The notes under the pieces were generated by a model. It saw nothing but the letters and a program-made list of their open reading frames with translations. It did not search any database and was not told where the DNA came from. DNA of 28,454 nucleotides from Vezdaea acicularis (taxonomy: Eukaryota): assembly GCA_026025075.1 (NCBI GenBank), contig JAPEUI010000016.1, forward strand, positions 186,001-214,454, written 5' to 3'. The position numbers and the translations under genes are program-made. Shown one piece after another: positions 1 through 13,305 of this stretch (position 1 is its first letter; the number at the start of each line of letters is the position of its first letter).

Positions 1-789
1 CTAATTCAGGGTACATTTTGATGGTGGCATCCATGATTTTGGTGTGCATGTGCTTCAACCAACCGATATGCTTCTTCTTCAGGTCCCTGACTGACCAGAT
101 ATCTCTCCTTTCCATGAGACCAAGCAAGTGTAGGCTTGTCATGGTTTTACGATCCCAATTGCTATTTCAGACTGTCAGCAAGGCTTTAAACATGCAGTCA
201 ACTTCAACCCACAGATCAGGCAGCACAAGGAACCCTTCTTCCCCTGTCTCCTTGTACAAGACATCTTCCTGTTCGGTCCTACCCTCAATGATGTTCCAAA
301 CCCAGTTGAGTCTCCCTTCCTCTCTCTTTCGCTGCATGTAAGGCCGTATGTTGGAAGCATAGGTCTGAGGTGTCTCCGTAACCATACGGGTACCCTGTCT
401 TGAGTACTTCTTAACATGCGCGTCCGTGCAAGGGAAGATAAGATTGAGTTTAATGTCAGGACATTGCGGAGCTGGCCGGGAAGATGCTAGATACCATCTA
501 TATATATCATTGTCGCCTAGATTGCGGACATGCAGAAGAGATTCTGGGAGGGCAGCGAGATCTTCTCGGGATGTTGGAAACGCTGTTCGCTCCGCGATCA
601 GAATAGCAGGCTTCTCGGATATCGATCCATATAAAACTATACGCAGATCGCCTCGATCTACTCCACTTATTAGTCATCGTTCTGGCGTTAGATGCCTGTT
701 TGCAACTAGTTGTCACCTTGATTTAAAATTTTGTCAAGTTTGAACAGCGGTACCAGGCTGAGGCTCTCTGGTAGCTCTTTAGTATCCAT
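1..789 (-). CDS. DCS1: m7GpppX scavenger decapping enzyme (DcpS/HIT family), 5' part; the gene runs off the left edge
   Basis: ATG at 789; introns 658-716 and 162-212. The spliced protein reads MDTKELPESLSLVPLFKLDKILNQDRGDLRIVLYG...AILIAERTAFP...NLGDNDIYRWY...IKLNLIFPCTDAHVKKYS...MVTETP...GRLNWVWNIIEGRTEQED...LVLPDLNWDRKT...RRDIWSVRDL. These are typical DcpS motifs. Confidence 0.92.
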
Positions 790-1026
790 TGAGATAGTCT
801 GAATGGTAACTTTTTCCGGATCCAATAAGTGTTCGAGACGGACAGTACTAACACGAATGGTTCTGTAAGAATACAATGCAGCGCTAGATCTTCTTTTTTG
901 AAAATGCTACGGTCACCTGTGCGCAGAATTGCGCAGCTGTCAAACGAATTTGAATGATCTATGACGATGCTTTATGCGCCCAGCCGATGCAGCAGATTAT
1001 GTTTACAGTGGGTCCAGACGCCTTGC

Positions 1027-3599
<2,573 letters not shown>

Positions 3600-3895
3600 G
3601 GTTGCGGTTGCTTTTGAGAAAATGTTATGTGATTCCAAGGGTGTGTCCTTGAGTTTCGCGAAGGCCCTTTTAGATCTCAGCAAAATCACGTGTTGGAGGC
3701 TGTTCTTATTGGTTCCTTGGCGACTCTATCGATAAGATCTCCGAGAAGACGCGAACACCCTGAAATTTTGGTATCAACGCGTCTCGCTTCAATGATGCAT
3801 TTCTCTAGATTATCGCCTAGACATTTAAAGTGGACAAGGTCGGCTTTGAGGTGATGGAGGGCTCATGACCTTGAAGCTAATACTTTGAGGAATAA

Positions 3896-5265
3896 ATGGC
3901 ACCGAAAAAAAAGGCCACACCAAGACCTCGTGTCCCCAAGCGAGACAATGCCCACCAGAGCAATGAAGAGGAATCGCTGGCTGGAAGAAATCGCGGCAGG
4001 AGTCAGCACGTTACCGACCCTAATAACAATGGCAAAGACCCTGGATCACGACTAGGTATCTCCACAGACCCACATCCTGAGGGCGGCTCCCAGACGGATG
4101 AAGAAGACGAAGATGTTTCCGCATATGAAGAGGATGAGGATGACGACCCAGTCATCGCAGAATACGAAGTTTTTGTTGCTGACGAGCTCCAAGATCACCT
4201 TGTTGTACTTATCCAGTATCCAAACCAGGAGGCGAACGAGTCTTACACAGCCAAAGTGCATAATAAGCCTCTGGAGCTTCGCCTCAAGCCTCAGACTGGT
4301 CTTGTCGAGGTTGATGTACAGATGGATGTCATGAACAACTTTGACAAAAGGAAAGCTTTGACGTACGGGAAGGCACTCAAACAAAGCGAGCTCTTGAAAT
4401 CAGGTGGTTCTCACGGGCTAGCTGGCGGTCTTTCAGCTATTGCTGGAGGAGGGCATCCTGCTCGGCGAACTGTGGGGGCGTCTGGAGATGTATCTGATAT
4501 TGGCCCAACTCCAGAAGAGTTTCTGGCACATTTTGATCATGCGCTCAATACAGGAAACGCCATGAACAAGCAAGTAATGGGTGGGCAGATGGAGCGAAAA
4601 GACGAGGAAGGGCCGATTTATATGATCGGTTCATTTAGAGGAAGTCAGTCCACCACCGGAACTGAATTTGAAGAGGGTTTCACTGATAGGTGTTATGTTG
4701 CTAGAACAGTTACATCTTACAAGATTGGATTCAATTATTCAGTTACGCCCTCAGTTCCATCATTTAGATGCACTTGTTGAACAAGAGAGATCGTCTATGA
4801 GAGTGCAGCGAGACGCAACAAACCCCCGCCCTCAGGAAGCTCGTGCTGTCCAGATGACTGTCAAATCTACCGCTGAAGTTGATGACATGGACATGACTGA
4901 GACTGCTCAAATTCTTAAAGCCCGACAGGAAGAGGAGTGGCAGCACTACGACTACCACCATCAAGAGGTAGTGCATCTAGACCTGCGTTAGAAGGCTAGC
5001 TAACCTAGTATAGACCCCTGCTGCTTGGCATGTTTACGATACGAAGCTATTCCTCCGAAGCCTCGAGACTGCACCAAAGCTAAAGGCGACCATATTTGAA
5101 GATGCCTACCTCGACATGTGTAGTGCCCCTCGGATTGATCCTATACAACCCCTTAAATCTAGATCATTTGCTAAGAAACCAGGATCTGGCCACGATCAGT
5201 CAAAGTCTAAGAAATTAGTCACCAGAGCGAGTGGAATTGATACCATTAACTTGATGGAGGCCTAG
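3896..5265 (+). CDS. RPC37: RNA polymerase III subunit C37/RPC5 (Sin-like domain)
   Basis: Contains DDDPVIAEYEVF...LIQYP...LRLKPQTGLVEVDV, YMIGSFRG-K-QLHLTRLDSIIQLRPQFHHLDA and YLDMCSAPRIDP. Introns 4644-4704 and 4968-5013; TAG at 5263-5265. Confidence 0.88.
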
Positions 5266-5476
5266 TCATTTGAAGCAACGAACATGAAAGGTCTAAACTT
5301 ACTCCCCATTTGTGAGATAGTGGACATGTGATGGTATAAATGCAATACCAAGAAACCTATCATATACACTGCCACAATTGTATTCAAAAGCCCATAAAGA
5401 CGAAGGTTTCCGGACAGACCACGATGAGGAATGCCACAGGGTCCACCGGCGCCAAGGAGATGCGCAAGACTTTTCC

Positions 5477-5504
5477 GGAGAGGTTTAGGGGAGAGGTTTA
5501 GGGG
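5477..5504. repeat. 13-bp tandem duplication (GGAGAGGTTTAGG x2), with TTAGGG at 5485 and 5498
   Basis: Seen directly at 5477-5489 and 5490-5502, between the convergent RPC37 and PI31 3' ends. Confidence 0.8.
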
Positions 5505-5675
5505 GGACTGCTATCAAGGAGATGGGACTGAGGCATGGTGTAGTACTTAAAATCTGGAGCAGGCATAAACTAATGTTGACAGTGTGGCACTGTCGACAAG
5601 TCTAATATTCGCAAAAGGGATATAATCTTCTAACCCTAGTCGTTTTGTCTAAATATGCGACGACATACGTGACCA

Positions 5676-6788
5676 CTATATGAAATCACCATCACCGAAT
5701 CCTCCAAATGGATTAGGTGGTCTTCCTCCTATCCCGCCTCCGCCAGGGAACCCACCTCTACCATCTCTTGGAGCGCCTCCAGGTCCCACGGGATCGTAAC
5801 GAGCCCCAGGCGGGGCATGACCGCCACCCCAACCGTCTCCTTGGGCTCCACGTCCAGGTAGTAACTCATCAAAAGTTGGATGCATACCGCCTCCAGGGCC
5901 TATGCCAGCCCCTCCGACCCCACCTGGCCCGAACGGACTCCTTAAGGGATCTCTAGGACCCAAGCCTGGAGGATATAGATCACTCTCGCCAATGTTCCCC
6001 ATATGTGGGCGTCCGCCCATTCCCGGCATGTAACCCCGTGGCGGGCGGTTCATCTCATACTCATCCTCAAAGCCAGGTGGCGGCATTTCGCCCGCAGGCC
6101 AAGGCCGTCGCGCGGGTCCTGCAGCAAGCGGGTCATCGAAGGGGTGAGGCCGTGCTGGTGGGGGATATGCAAGGTCTGGATCTCTATCTGGTGAAGGACG
6201 ACGCTGTGGCTGCTCGCGCGAGGGCGTTTCCTCATAGCCCTCTTTCCACAGGCTGGGCATCAGCTTCTGAATTATTGATGTCTTGAAGAGAGCGCCTAGA
6301 TCCGCGACTCTGCCCGCGCTGCGGAAGAGGCCTTCAATTGCCTTTGCCGACACACCTTCATTTTCTCGCTCCTCGCTGGACGTTCCTTCGAAGGGAAATT
6401 TGGATTCGTCTAGGTATTCGTTTGCTACTACCTCAAAGCTTGCGGTCTTGTCGTCTCCTGGCGCTAGACCATAGACGATCGCTTTGTTGCCTAACCGCGA
6501 GGTCTTGATGATATACTGTAGGGAGGATTGGTTGTGTGCGTACCGGAATGAATAGACGTTATGTGCGTTCCACTCTTCTGGCAAGGGTTTTGGGGCGACG
6601 CTAGAGCTTGTTGAAGGTATGTTGTGGTCTTCGCCGAGGCCTTTCAGCTCAAAGCCAACGGCAAGCATGCATGCGTGCGTCGTGAGTCCGATCGCTTCGA
6701 AAGCGTTCTTGAGATGCGCTTTAGAAGCTGGGAGGGAGCTGCTCATATGTGAGGTGATGGACGAAGCAGACAATGGATTAGCTGCCAT
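5676..6788 (-). CDS. Proteasome inhibitor PI31 (PSMF1/Fub1 family), intronless
   Basis: First ATG at 6788 (MAANPLS). N-terminal FP-like domain (HACMLAVGF..GLGE, LPEEWN..YSFRYAHNQSS) and a Pro/Gly-rich tail with IGESDLYPPG, GMHPTFD and PPGARYDPVGP. Confidence 0.9.
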   Translation of the reverse strand: MAANPLSASSITSHMSSSLPASKAHLKNAFEAIGLTTHACMLAVGFELKGLGEDHNIPSTSSSVAPKPLPEEWNAHNVYSFRYAHNQSSLQYIIKTSRLGNKAIVYGLAPGDDKTASFEVVANEYLDESKFPFEGTSSEERENEGVSAKAIEGLFRSAGRVADLGALFKTSIIQKLMPSLWKEGYEETPSREQPQRRPSPDRDPDLAYPPPARPHPFDDPLAAGPARRPWPAGEMPPPGFEDEYEMNRPPRGYMPGMGGRPHMGNIGESDLYPPGLGPRDPLRSPFGPGGVGGAGIGPGGGMHPTFDELLPGRGAQGDGWGGGHAPPGARYDPVGPGGAPRDGRGGFPGGGGIGGRPPNPFGGFGDGDFI

Positions 6789-7133
6789 GGTGGGCGTCAG
6801 ATAGGTAGGACTGAAGCTATTCAACAGCTCAGAGGCGTTGTTTTCGAGAATAGTGGGGTGGAAATGGACCTTCAACCAGACGTCACTTTATCGCTTAGCG
6901 ACGAGGCAGGAACGACGCATACGCTGCCGCCTAAGCAAGAACATCAAATGGTTTATTGAGAGACATAATAATGCAGGCAACCAGAGGAGTTTTCGAATGA
7001 ATTAGAACGCTGTCTACTAGAACATACCATGCCGGTCCTTTCAGAACATGCTCTGCGCAGTATTGCTACTGAATTCCTAGTTTTACTAGCACAAGACAGG
7101 GACGCCAACATTGCTGCACATGTAGAGAGCATC

Positions 7134-8405
7134 CTATAGGAAGTAGTCGGGGGTCCGCCTAGAGACCATCGGTTCGCCAGCTCGCGGGCAAGGGTCGAAT
7201 TGCAGGCTGATATAGTTGTTAGCAAAATGATGCGCGGGGGAAGGACTAGATCGCTCACAAGGTGTATTTAAGGTGCTCATCTATCTCCATGATTGCAGCT
7301 TGATTACCACATCTATAGCAGTAATTTGGTGCTTTTGAGAAGACGTTAGAATGTTGAAGGGCCTTTTTCTTGTTGGAGGACCTACCAGAAAAGATTGTAA
7401 CAACATTACGGTCCTGTGACCAATTATAGCCCTCCATGACCAGCTGGTGAGCTCGCGCGACCAGAGTCAACCCATTATTGTGATTGAATGCTTCAGATAT
7501 ATCTTGACCGAATGTATATCCAGCTCCTCTAGGAGATATTCCCCATCCACATCGATCGTCGGGATCTGACCACAGTAAGTCGCACATTGGTCCTTCATGC
7601 GGTACCTCTTGTATCCTATCTAATGCGCGGATATTGTCTAGTGTATCAATGCTGGGCGAAAGTCCTCCGTGAAGGCAGAAGATCTGATTGTCAATCAATG
7701 CAGTGAGAGGAAGAAAATCGAAAAGGTCCGTGAAATATTTCCAGACGTTCGCGTTTCCGTACTTGCGAAGGCACTCATCGTAAAATCCGTATACTTGGGT
7801 GATTTGGCGCGACTCGTGGTTGCCCCGTAAGATCGTTATGCGTTGAGGATAGCGTATTTTGAGAGCGACAAGGAGAGTCACAGTTTCAACGGAGTAATAA
7901 CCTCTATCTACATAGTCACCTGTAGGATTGTTGAGTCAGCTTGTTGAGCTTCAGAGGTTGCTGAGCTGGAGGTGACGTGCCCATGAAAAGGTAGTTAGTG
8001 TCAGGATTGGGGCCTCCAATTCTAAAAAGCTCCATCAAATCGTGGAATTGACCGTGAATATCTCCACAGACAGTGACAGGACATTTCTAAGGGACCTTAG
8101 CATATGTGTCAGGCAGTAGTTACATGGCACGTAACTTACTACTGGTTGTACGTTCGACTCTTCCTGTAAAACTTCTCGAGCCTAGCCACAAATCTGATTA
8201 ACATTATACCGCAAGTTTTATAGGGCTATGAAATTGTAAGACAAACTCTATCACATAGCCTCTGCACGTCATTCTCTGCTAGTTTAACGCAATTCATCAA
8301 GTTCTCAATCCATCCGTCCAGTGTTGGTATCGAGGCGGGCTCTGTCTGTGGGGACAATTGATGCGCTTCTGGGACTTTCCCCACATCCTCCATCTTGACA
8401 TCCAT
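7134..8405 (-). CDS. PPH21: Ser/Thr protein phosphatase PP2A catalytic subunit
   Basis: [22 protein letters not shown] and [11 protein letters not shown] motifs, and C-terminal TPDYFL-stop. Introns 8182-8246, 8087-8139, 7920-7980 (GC-AG), 7332-7385 and 7207-7258. Confidence 0.97.
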
Positions 8406-8889
8406 CTTGAATCTTTCGCAGGTGTTAGGGCCTGCGCGGCAAAATTTTGTTGGGGGTTGGTTCGTGTACTGGTGCTTTATTTGCGACGGTTGAAGACCAG
8501 AGATGCTTTGTGTAGGAATCTTTCAGAGCTACTTCCAAAGAGAAGACTATTTACGCTTAGGTTCTGACAGAAATACCTCGGACTTGCCGCGAGAGACCAT
8601 TAAGAGGCTAAGGGTCGCCTCATGAATGTCATAAACAAGGCTACTTTGAAGGGATGGTATGCGAGCGGGCAAAACCATCGCAATTTCATACGCCTATCTT
8701 TGGTTGGGCGCGCTTATTTCCTAATCTAGTCCTCCCTACTACGCGTGCTTGCAAAGTCATGCTTGAGCCACTCCAGCATATCATATTACTACTTCTTCTG
8801 TTATGGCGAAGCTGGAGCGCATCTGGTTCTAGGTTCGCTAAATAGTTAAATATCTACGCTATGGTTATATAATACAAGTCCTTCCACTA

Positions 8890-11180
8890 TCACCTTAAGC
8901 CTAAGCCTACTACGTCCTTCTCCCGAGGTCCTGCTTCGGCATGAGCTTTCTCTACGTCTTGTCCCACTGAGTCTTTAAAGTCAAGCCCGACCTCGCTCAT
9001 CAAAGCAGCATGCTCTTTTGCTACGCCAATACATCTTCTATGAACTTCGCTAACCTTCTCAACGCTAGTCAATTGTCTCGCAAGTATTTCATTGAAAGAA
9101 TCAATGTGTTCCTTTGCCCACTTGACGCATGCGGACATCATCAGTGGCGGAAAACATGCTTGGAAGCAAGTTATAGTATGCTTTATAAGCGTGAATCTGA
9201 CGAATGAGATTTGGAAAATATAATTTTCGAGGTCCCCTTCAAAGATGCATTCTCTGATTGGAGCTGTCAGCTTATGAGGACATCTCTAGAGAGCTGAAGG
9301 CTCACCTTGTCCTTTTGTCAATGATTCCCGACCTAGCTTCTAGATATTCCTCTCTAGCCCGATCTTCGAAGCCCAACCTTGTGAGCCAATCTACATTCGT
9401 CTTGGTAGGCCTTAACAACGCGTGAGTGTCTACTAACCGCCGTGCCACAACAGAAGCTAGTCTGCCCGCACGCTCGTCGACCTTAAAGTTGATTAGGTCC
9501 TGGGCAACCGAGTTACCTTTAAGACTCTTGGCGAGTCTCTTCAGATTCTCCACTGTACCGACAGCCTCTTCAAATTGTTGACGAGCGATCTCGATGTCAA
9601 GCTCATCCATTTGATTCTCGACCCATCGTAAGCTCTGCTGTTTGCCGTCTACATCGATCATAATACTTGGTCCTTTCTTAAAGATATTGTCGGAGAGTGT
9701 CTCTACAAGATCTGTCCTCTTCAAGAGAGCTGGATCCCTCGCAGCGAAATAGTTGATGGAGTCCTTGACTTTCCCAGTCTCGTCACTGCCGGCACGAAGT
9801 GACCTCCGAAGCTCCTCCAGCGCTTTTCGAAAAGCCAGAAGTAGCCCAACCTTCTCACCGCCATCCTCCTTGTCATTTCTGTAGGTAAAAGATTCCTGCC
9901 CAACACAGATATTGATAGCGTCCGTAACACCATCAGGCCCTTTTTTGGCCCCATTCACGTTTGCTGCGCCCATGCTAGTAGATAGATCCGTAATTTGAAT
10001 GTCCTGTAAAGGCCAACATCGTTCAGCGACCAACTTTGAGGGTACCGCCTGCTGTTTTTGGTTCTGTCCGTTTACTTGCTCTACTCGTTTTTTCTTTCTT
10101 GAGGCTACTAGGAGATGGTCATTAAGGAGAAACATGTGCATTAATCGTCTTGGCTTCCAAGTTGCGGTATTCAATTCTACCCAGTGCCGTGACTCTCGTA
10201 CAATGTGTCGCCCAGGGACAGACGGGAGGAATTTCTGCGACCCCTCGACGTTCTTCCATAGCATTTGAAGCTGCGTATTCCACATGGCTTCCAGATGTGC
10301 CACGGAGCTTCGATTAGCCTGTTTTCGAGCGGTGGCAGACATTGAATCAAACCCTGACTCTTGTAAGCTAGAGTTTGCGGAGGTTGCCTGCCCCAAAACA
10401 TTTGTATTCGACTTCAAATCGGACATGAGACTGCGGAGCGTACGCATCTCATCCTTCAGTCTCTCTGCTTCTTTGCTGATTTTGATAAATTGTGTCCGAT
10501 TTTGATACACATTCTGCTGTAGATCTGTTGAGGCACGGCTTCGAAGTTTCTGAAGCTTGTATTGATAATCGTTGACGTCCTCTGGCGAGGCATCTGATAA
10601 AAGCTTTGCAACATCTTGTACGTTAGCTACAGAAAGTTTGAAAGAAAGTGCACACGTACATTGATCAGGCTGGAGATTCGGGTCCCGAAGCGCGTTCATT
10701 TCCACCGCAATACCACGCCCGCTTGAAGAAGTTCCAGGGCGGCTGTGATTTGCGTCTCCATTTGACATATATTGGCCAGGGAGAGAAGGCACAGAAGGCA
10801 GAGGTGGAGCATCTGCGTCAAATTCCTTTGGAATCTGGGTGAAACGGGCAGAATACCGCCTCTTAACAAGATCAGACGTCTGACAAGATTTAAAGTTAGG
10901 CTTTCAATACTCAAAATATTGTAGTCCAGGAGATTCACCTTTCCGCTGACCTGTAACTTGGAAGGATCAGGCGCAAGCTTCTTATCGCCATTTAATGATG
11001 ATGTTGATGTCTGAGCTAAAGGTATTGGACCTGAAATCTGTGCACTTGACGAGATACCTTGTTAGGGCTAGTTCATTGGCTATGAAGGGTGAATATATAC
11101 CGAGGCGCACTTATGTGAGGTCGTTTAGATTTGCTCTTCTTGCGCAAGGACATCCCCTTGCTTCTCTCTTTCGACTCCAT
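8890..11180 (-). CDS. EXO84: Exocyst complex component Exo84
   Basis: N-terminus MESKERSKGMSLRKK..RPHISAPRAQISGP, then TSDLVKRRYS and DLQQNVYQNRTQFIKISKEAE. PH-like region HMFLLNDHLLVA; C-terminal MSACVKWAKEH. Introns 11045-11100, 10880-10938, 10615-10659 and 9254-9305. The first intron and the start codon are the least certain parts. Confidence 0.92.
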
Positions 11181-11674
11181 GACTACCTTTTGACCTGATA
11201 AAAGTAAAATTACTCTTCAAACTTGGATTGGCGATGGGCGCAGAGGACATTGGAGGTGCACTCGTGTCACCGTTGTGTTTGAACGGCTTCACCAATGAAG
11301 CCGAAGGCCAAACGGAGGAAGCTAACGGCCTATCGAGGACCAATTTGTTGCCCTTGACTGAGGTCGCACTGCAAACTCTGAGCGCGGAAGAAGTGATCGT
11401 TAAGTGACCAGAGCAAGCAGATTACAGTAATGGTTGAACGTATTCACTGAATGTGCAAAAGCTTGATCATCTACCCAGTGCTTTTCAGATTCCTGTTAGC
11501 CAATCACAGATCAAACGGTGATTACGTAACTAAAAACTTCACGCGAGGTGGACGTGGAAAATGTTCTGTGACGATTGAATTCATGCGAGAAGTCACCCTT
11601 TGCCCGCCCTTCCTCAGATCGTTACTTAAGCACCGATCTCGTCTCATGTTTGCCCAGCTATTGAGTATACGGAC

Positions 11675-12401
11675 ATGTCGATGAAACCTTCCACTGTAGT
11701 AGCTCTGTCAGCGGGTACGGCATTCGCAGCAATTGCTGGTAAGCTACCTCACGCGGCTATTCTACTTGTAGGATTTTCCATGATTGACGACTTCTCAAGC
11801 ATACGCTGTCTATTTTGACCACAAAAGGCGAACAGACCCGGAGTTCCGGAAATCTTTAAAGAGGGAAGCAAGGCGGCAAGCACGTGCAGCTAAGGAGGAA
11901 GCAGAAGCTCATGGCGCAAGGCAGCGAGAGTTGATAAAGGAAGCAGTCGCAGAAGCTAAGGCCGAAGGGTTCCCGACCAACGTTGAGGAGAAAGAAGCGT
12001 TCTTCATGGAGCAAGTGCATAAAGGGGAAAATATGGCTGCAGAAAGTAAGCCTTTCAAACATCTCCTCGCTAAGGTGTTCGAATGCTGCTTGTCTACTGT
12101 CGAGACCACTCAACACCACTTTAATGTCCATGGAGTAATGCTAACAAATGATAATTTAGGTGCCCCCCCAGTCGAGGCTGCACTTTGCTTTTACAAAGCC
12201 CTCAAGGTCTACCCTCAACCAAGAGATTTAATACCAATCTATGACAAAAGCATTCCCAAGGTGATTTGCCTCTACACGAGAAGTTATATCATGCTGACGT
12301 ACCTCAAGCCGATCCTGGACATCCTCGCGGAGATGATTGCGGTTGACCCAGCTCTTAGCGTGGGTAGCTTTGGCGACGGGAGCTCGGACGTAGTGGAGTA
12401 G
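11675..12401 (+). CDS. TOM20: Mitochondrial import receptor Tom20 (MAS20 family)
   Basis: N-terminal TM anchor, [20 protein letters not shown] and [29 protein letters not shown]. Introns 11739-11799, 12046-12159 and 12261-12308. Confidence 0.95.
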
Positions 12402-13305
12402 GCGACGAAGGGGGCTCATGAGTCCACTATTGACCCATGCATATGTGCTACACCTCTTCCATTGAATCTCCTCTTTTGACGTGTATCATAGTACTTTGTT
12501 TGGGATGCTAGATCTCTGTTTCCAGTTGAACATGCTGCATTGTATTAGCGGGTTGGATCCCTTTTAGGGTCTGCAAATTCCCAGGACGACTTCATAAGTC
12601 GCGTGTACAGCAAGGAATCATATAGTCATAGGAAGTATTGCAATGCAACAATATATCGGCGCTAGTTGTTCACGCCATTGAAGTATCAACCGCCAGGACT
12701 GGAATTTCGCATCCATTTTGCTGGAATAGCGATTTTTCGTTATCACGCGAGGGTATTTCTGCCAGTCGGCCCTCGCTATGTGTCAAATCAACAGATATCT
12801 TTAAGAATTTTAAAATCCCCCCTTATAAGCACATGCTGAGCCTCTTGTCAACAATCAAAAACTAGCGACACAGAACAACAACTCCTCGTATGCATATGCT
12901 CGAAGCTTTCAAGATAATCAACCTCTGGCGTCGTATACACCATGCTTTCTCAAACGCACAGACCTCAAAGGCAAGCCGCTCCGCGGAACACGCCTTGACC
13001 AAACTGAGGCTCAAACACAAGGGTCGTTTCACGGCGATTTCGGAATTTCCGTCAGGGCCTTCGCTTAGCCCGCGCTATTCTGTAATAGGAAAGCTCGGTC
13101 AACATCCCAGCAACGCTTATTTACTACGCGTTTCCAGCAGGTTTCAACGGCTCATCCGAATCTAGTCCTTCGTTAGGTACTTCTTCATTCCCGACGTGCA
13201 TCTGGTGTGTCAACGGCCTTGACAGCATCTGTAAACCTGAAAGCCGTCTTTGTAACAGTTTTAATACCAATTCTATACTCGACTTGCTCTTCAAGGACGT
13301 TGACG

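Noticed and set aside
920..937. TGCGCA-gaat-TGCGCA small hairpin or repeat upstream of DCS1
   Set aside because: Too short to distinguish from chance, and no tRNA or snoRNA structure surrounds it.
6789..6875. N-terminal extension of PI31 in the ORF track
   Set aside because: It begins at TTG. The ATG at 6788 has a good context (CCACCATGG) and precedes the conserved region.
12046..12159. Twin or recursive intron in TOM20 (internal CTAAG|GTGTTC)
   Set aside because: The first unit would be under 30 nt with no separate branch site, and the second donor is poor.
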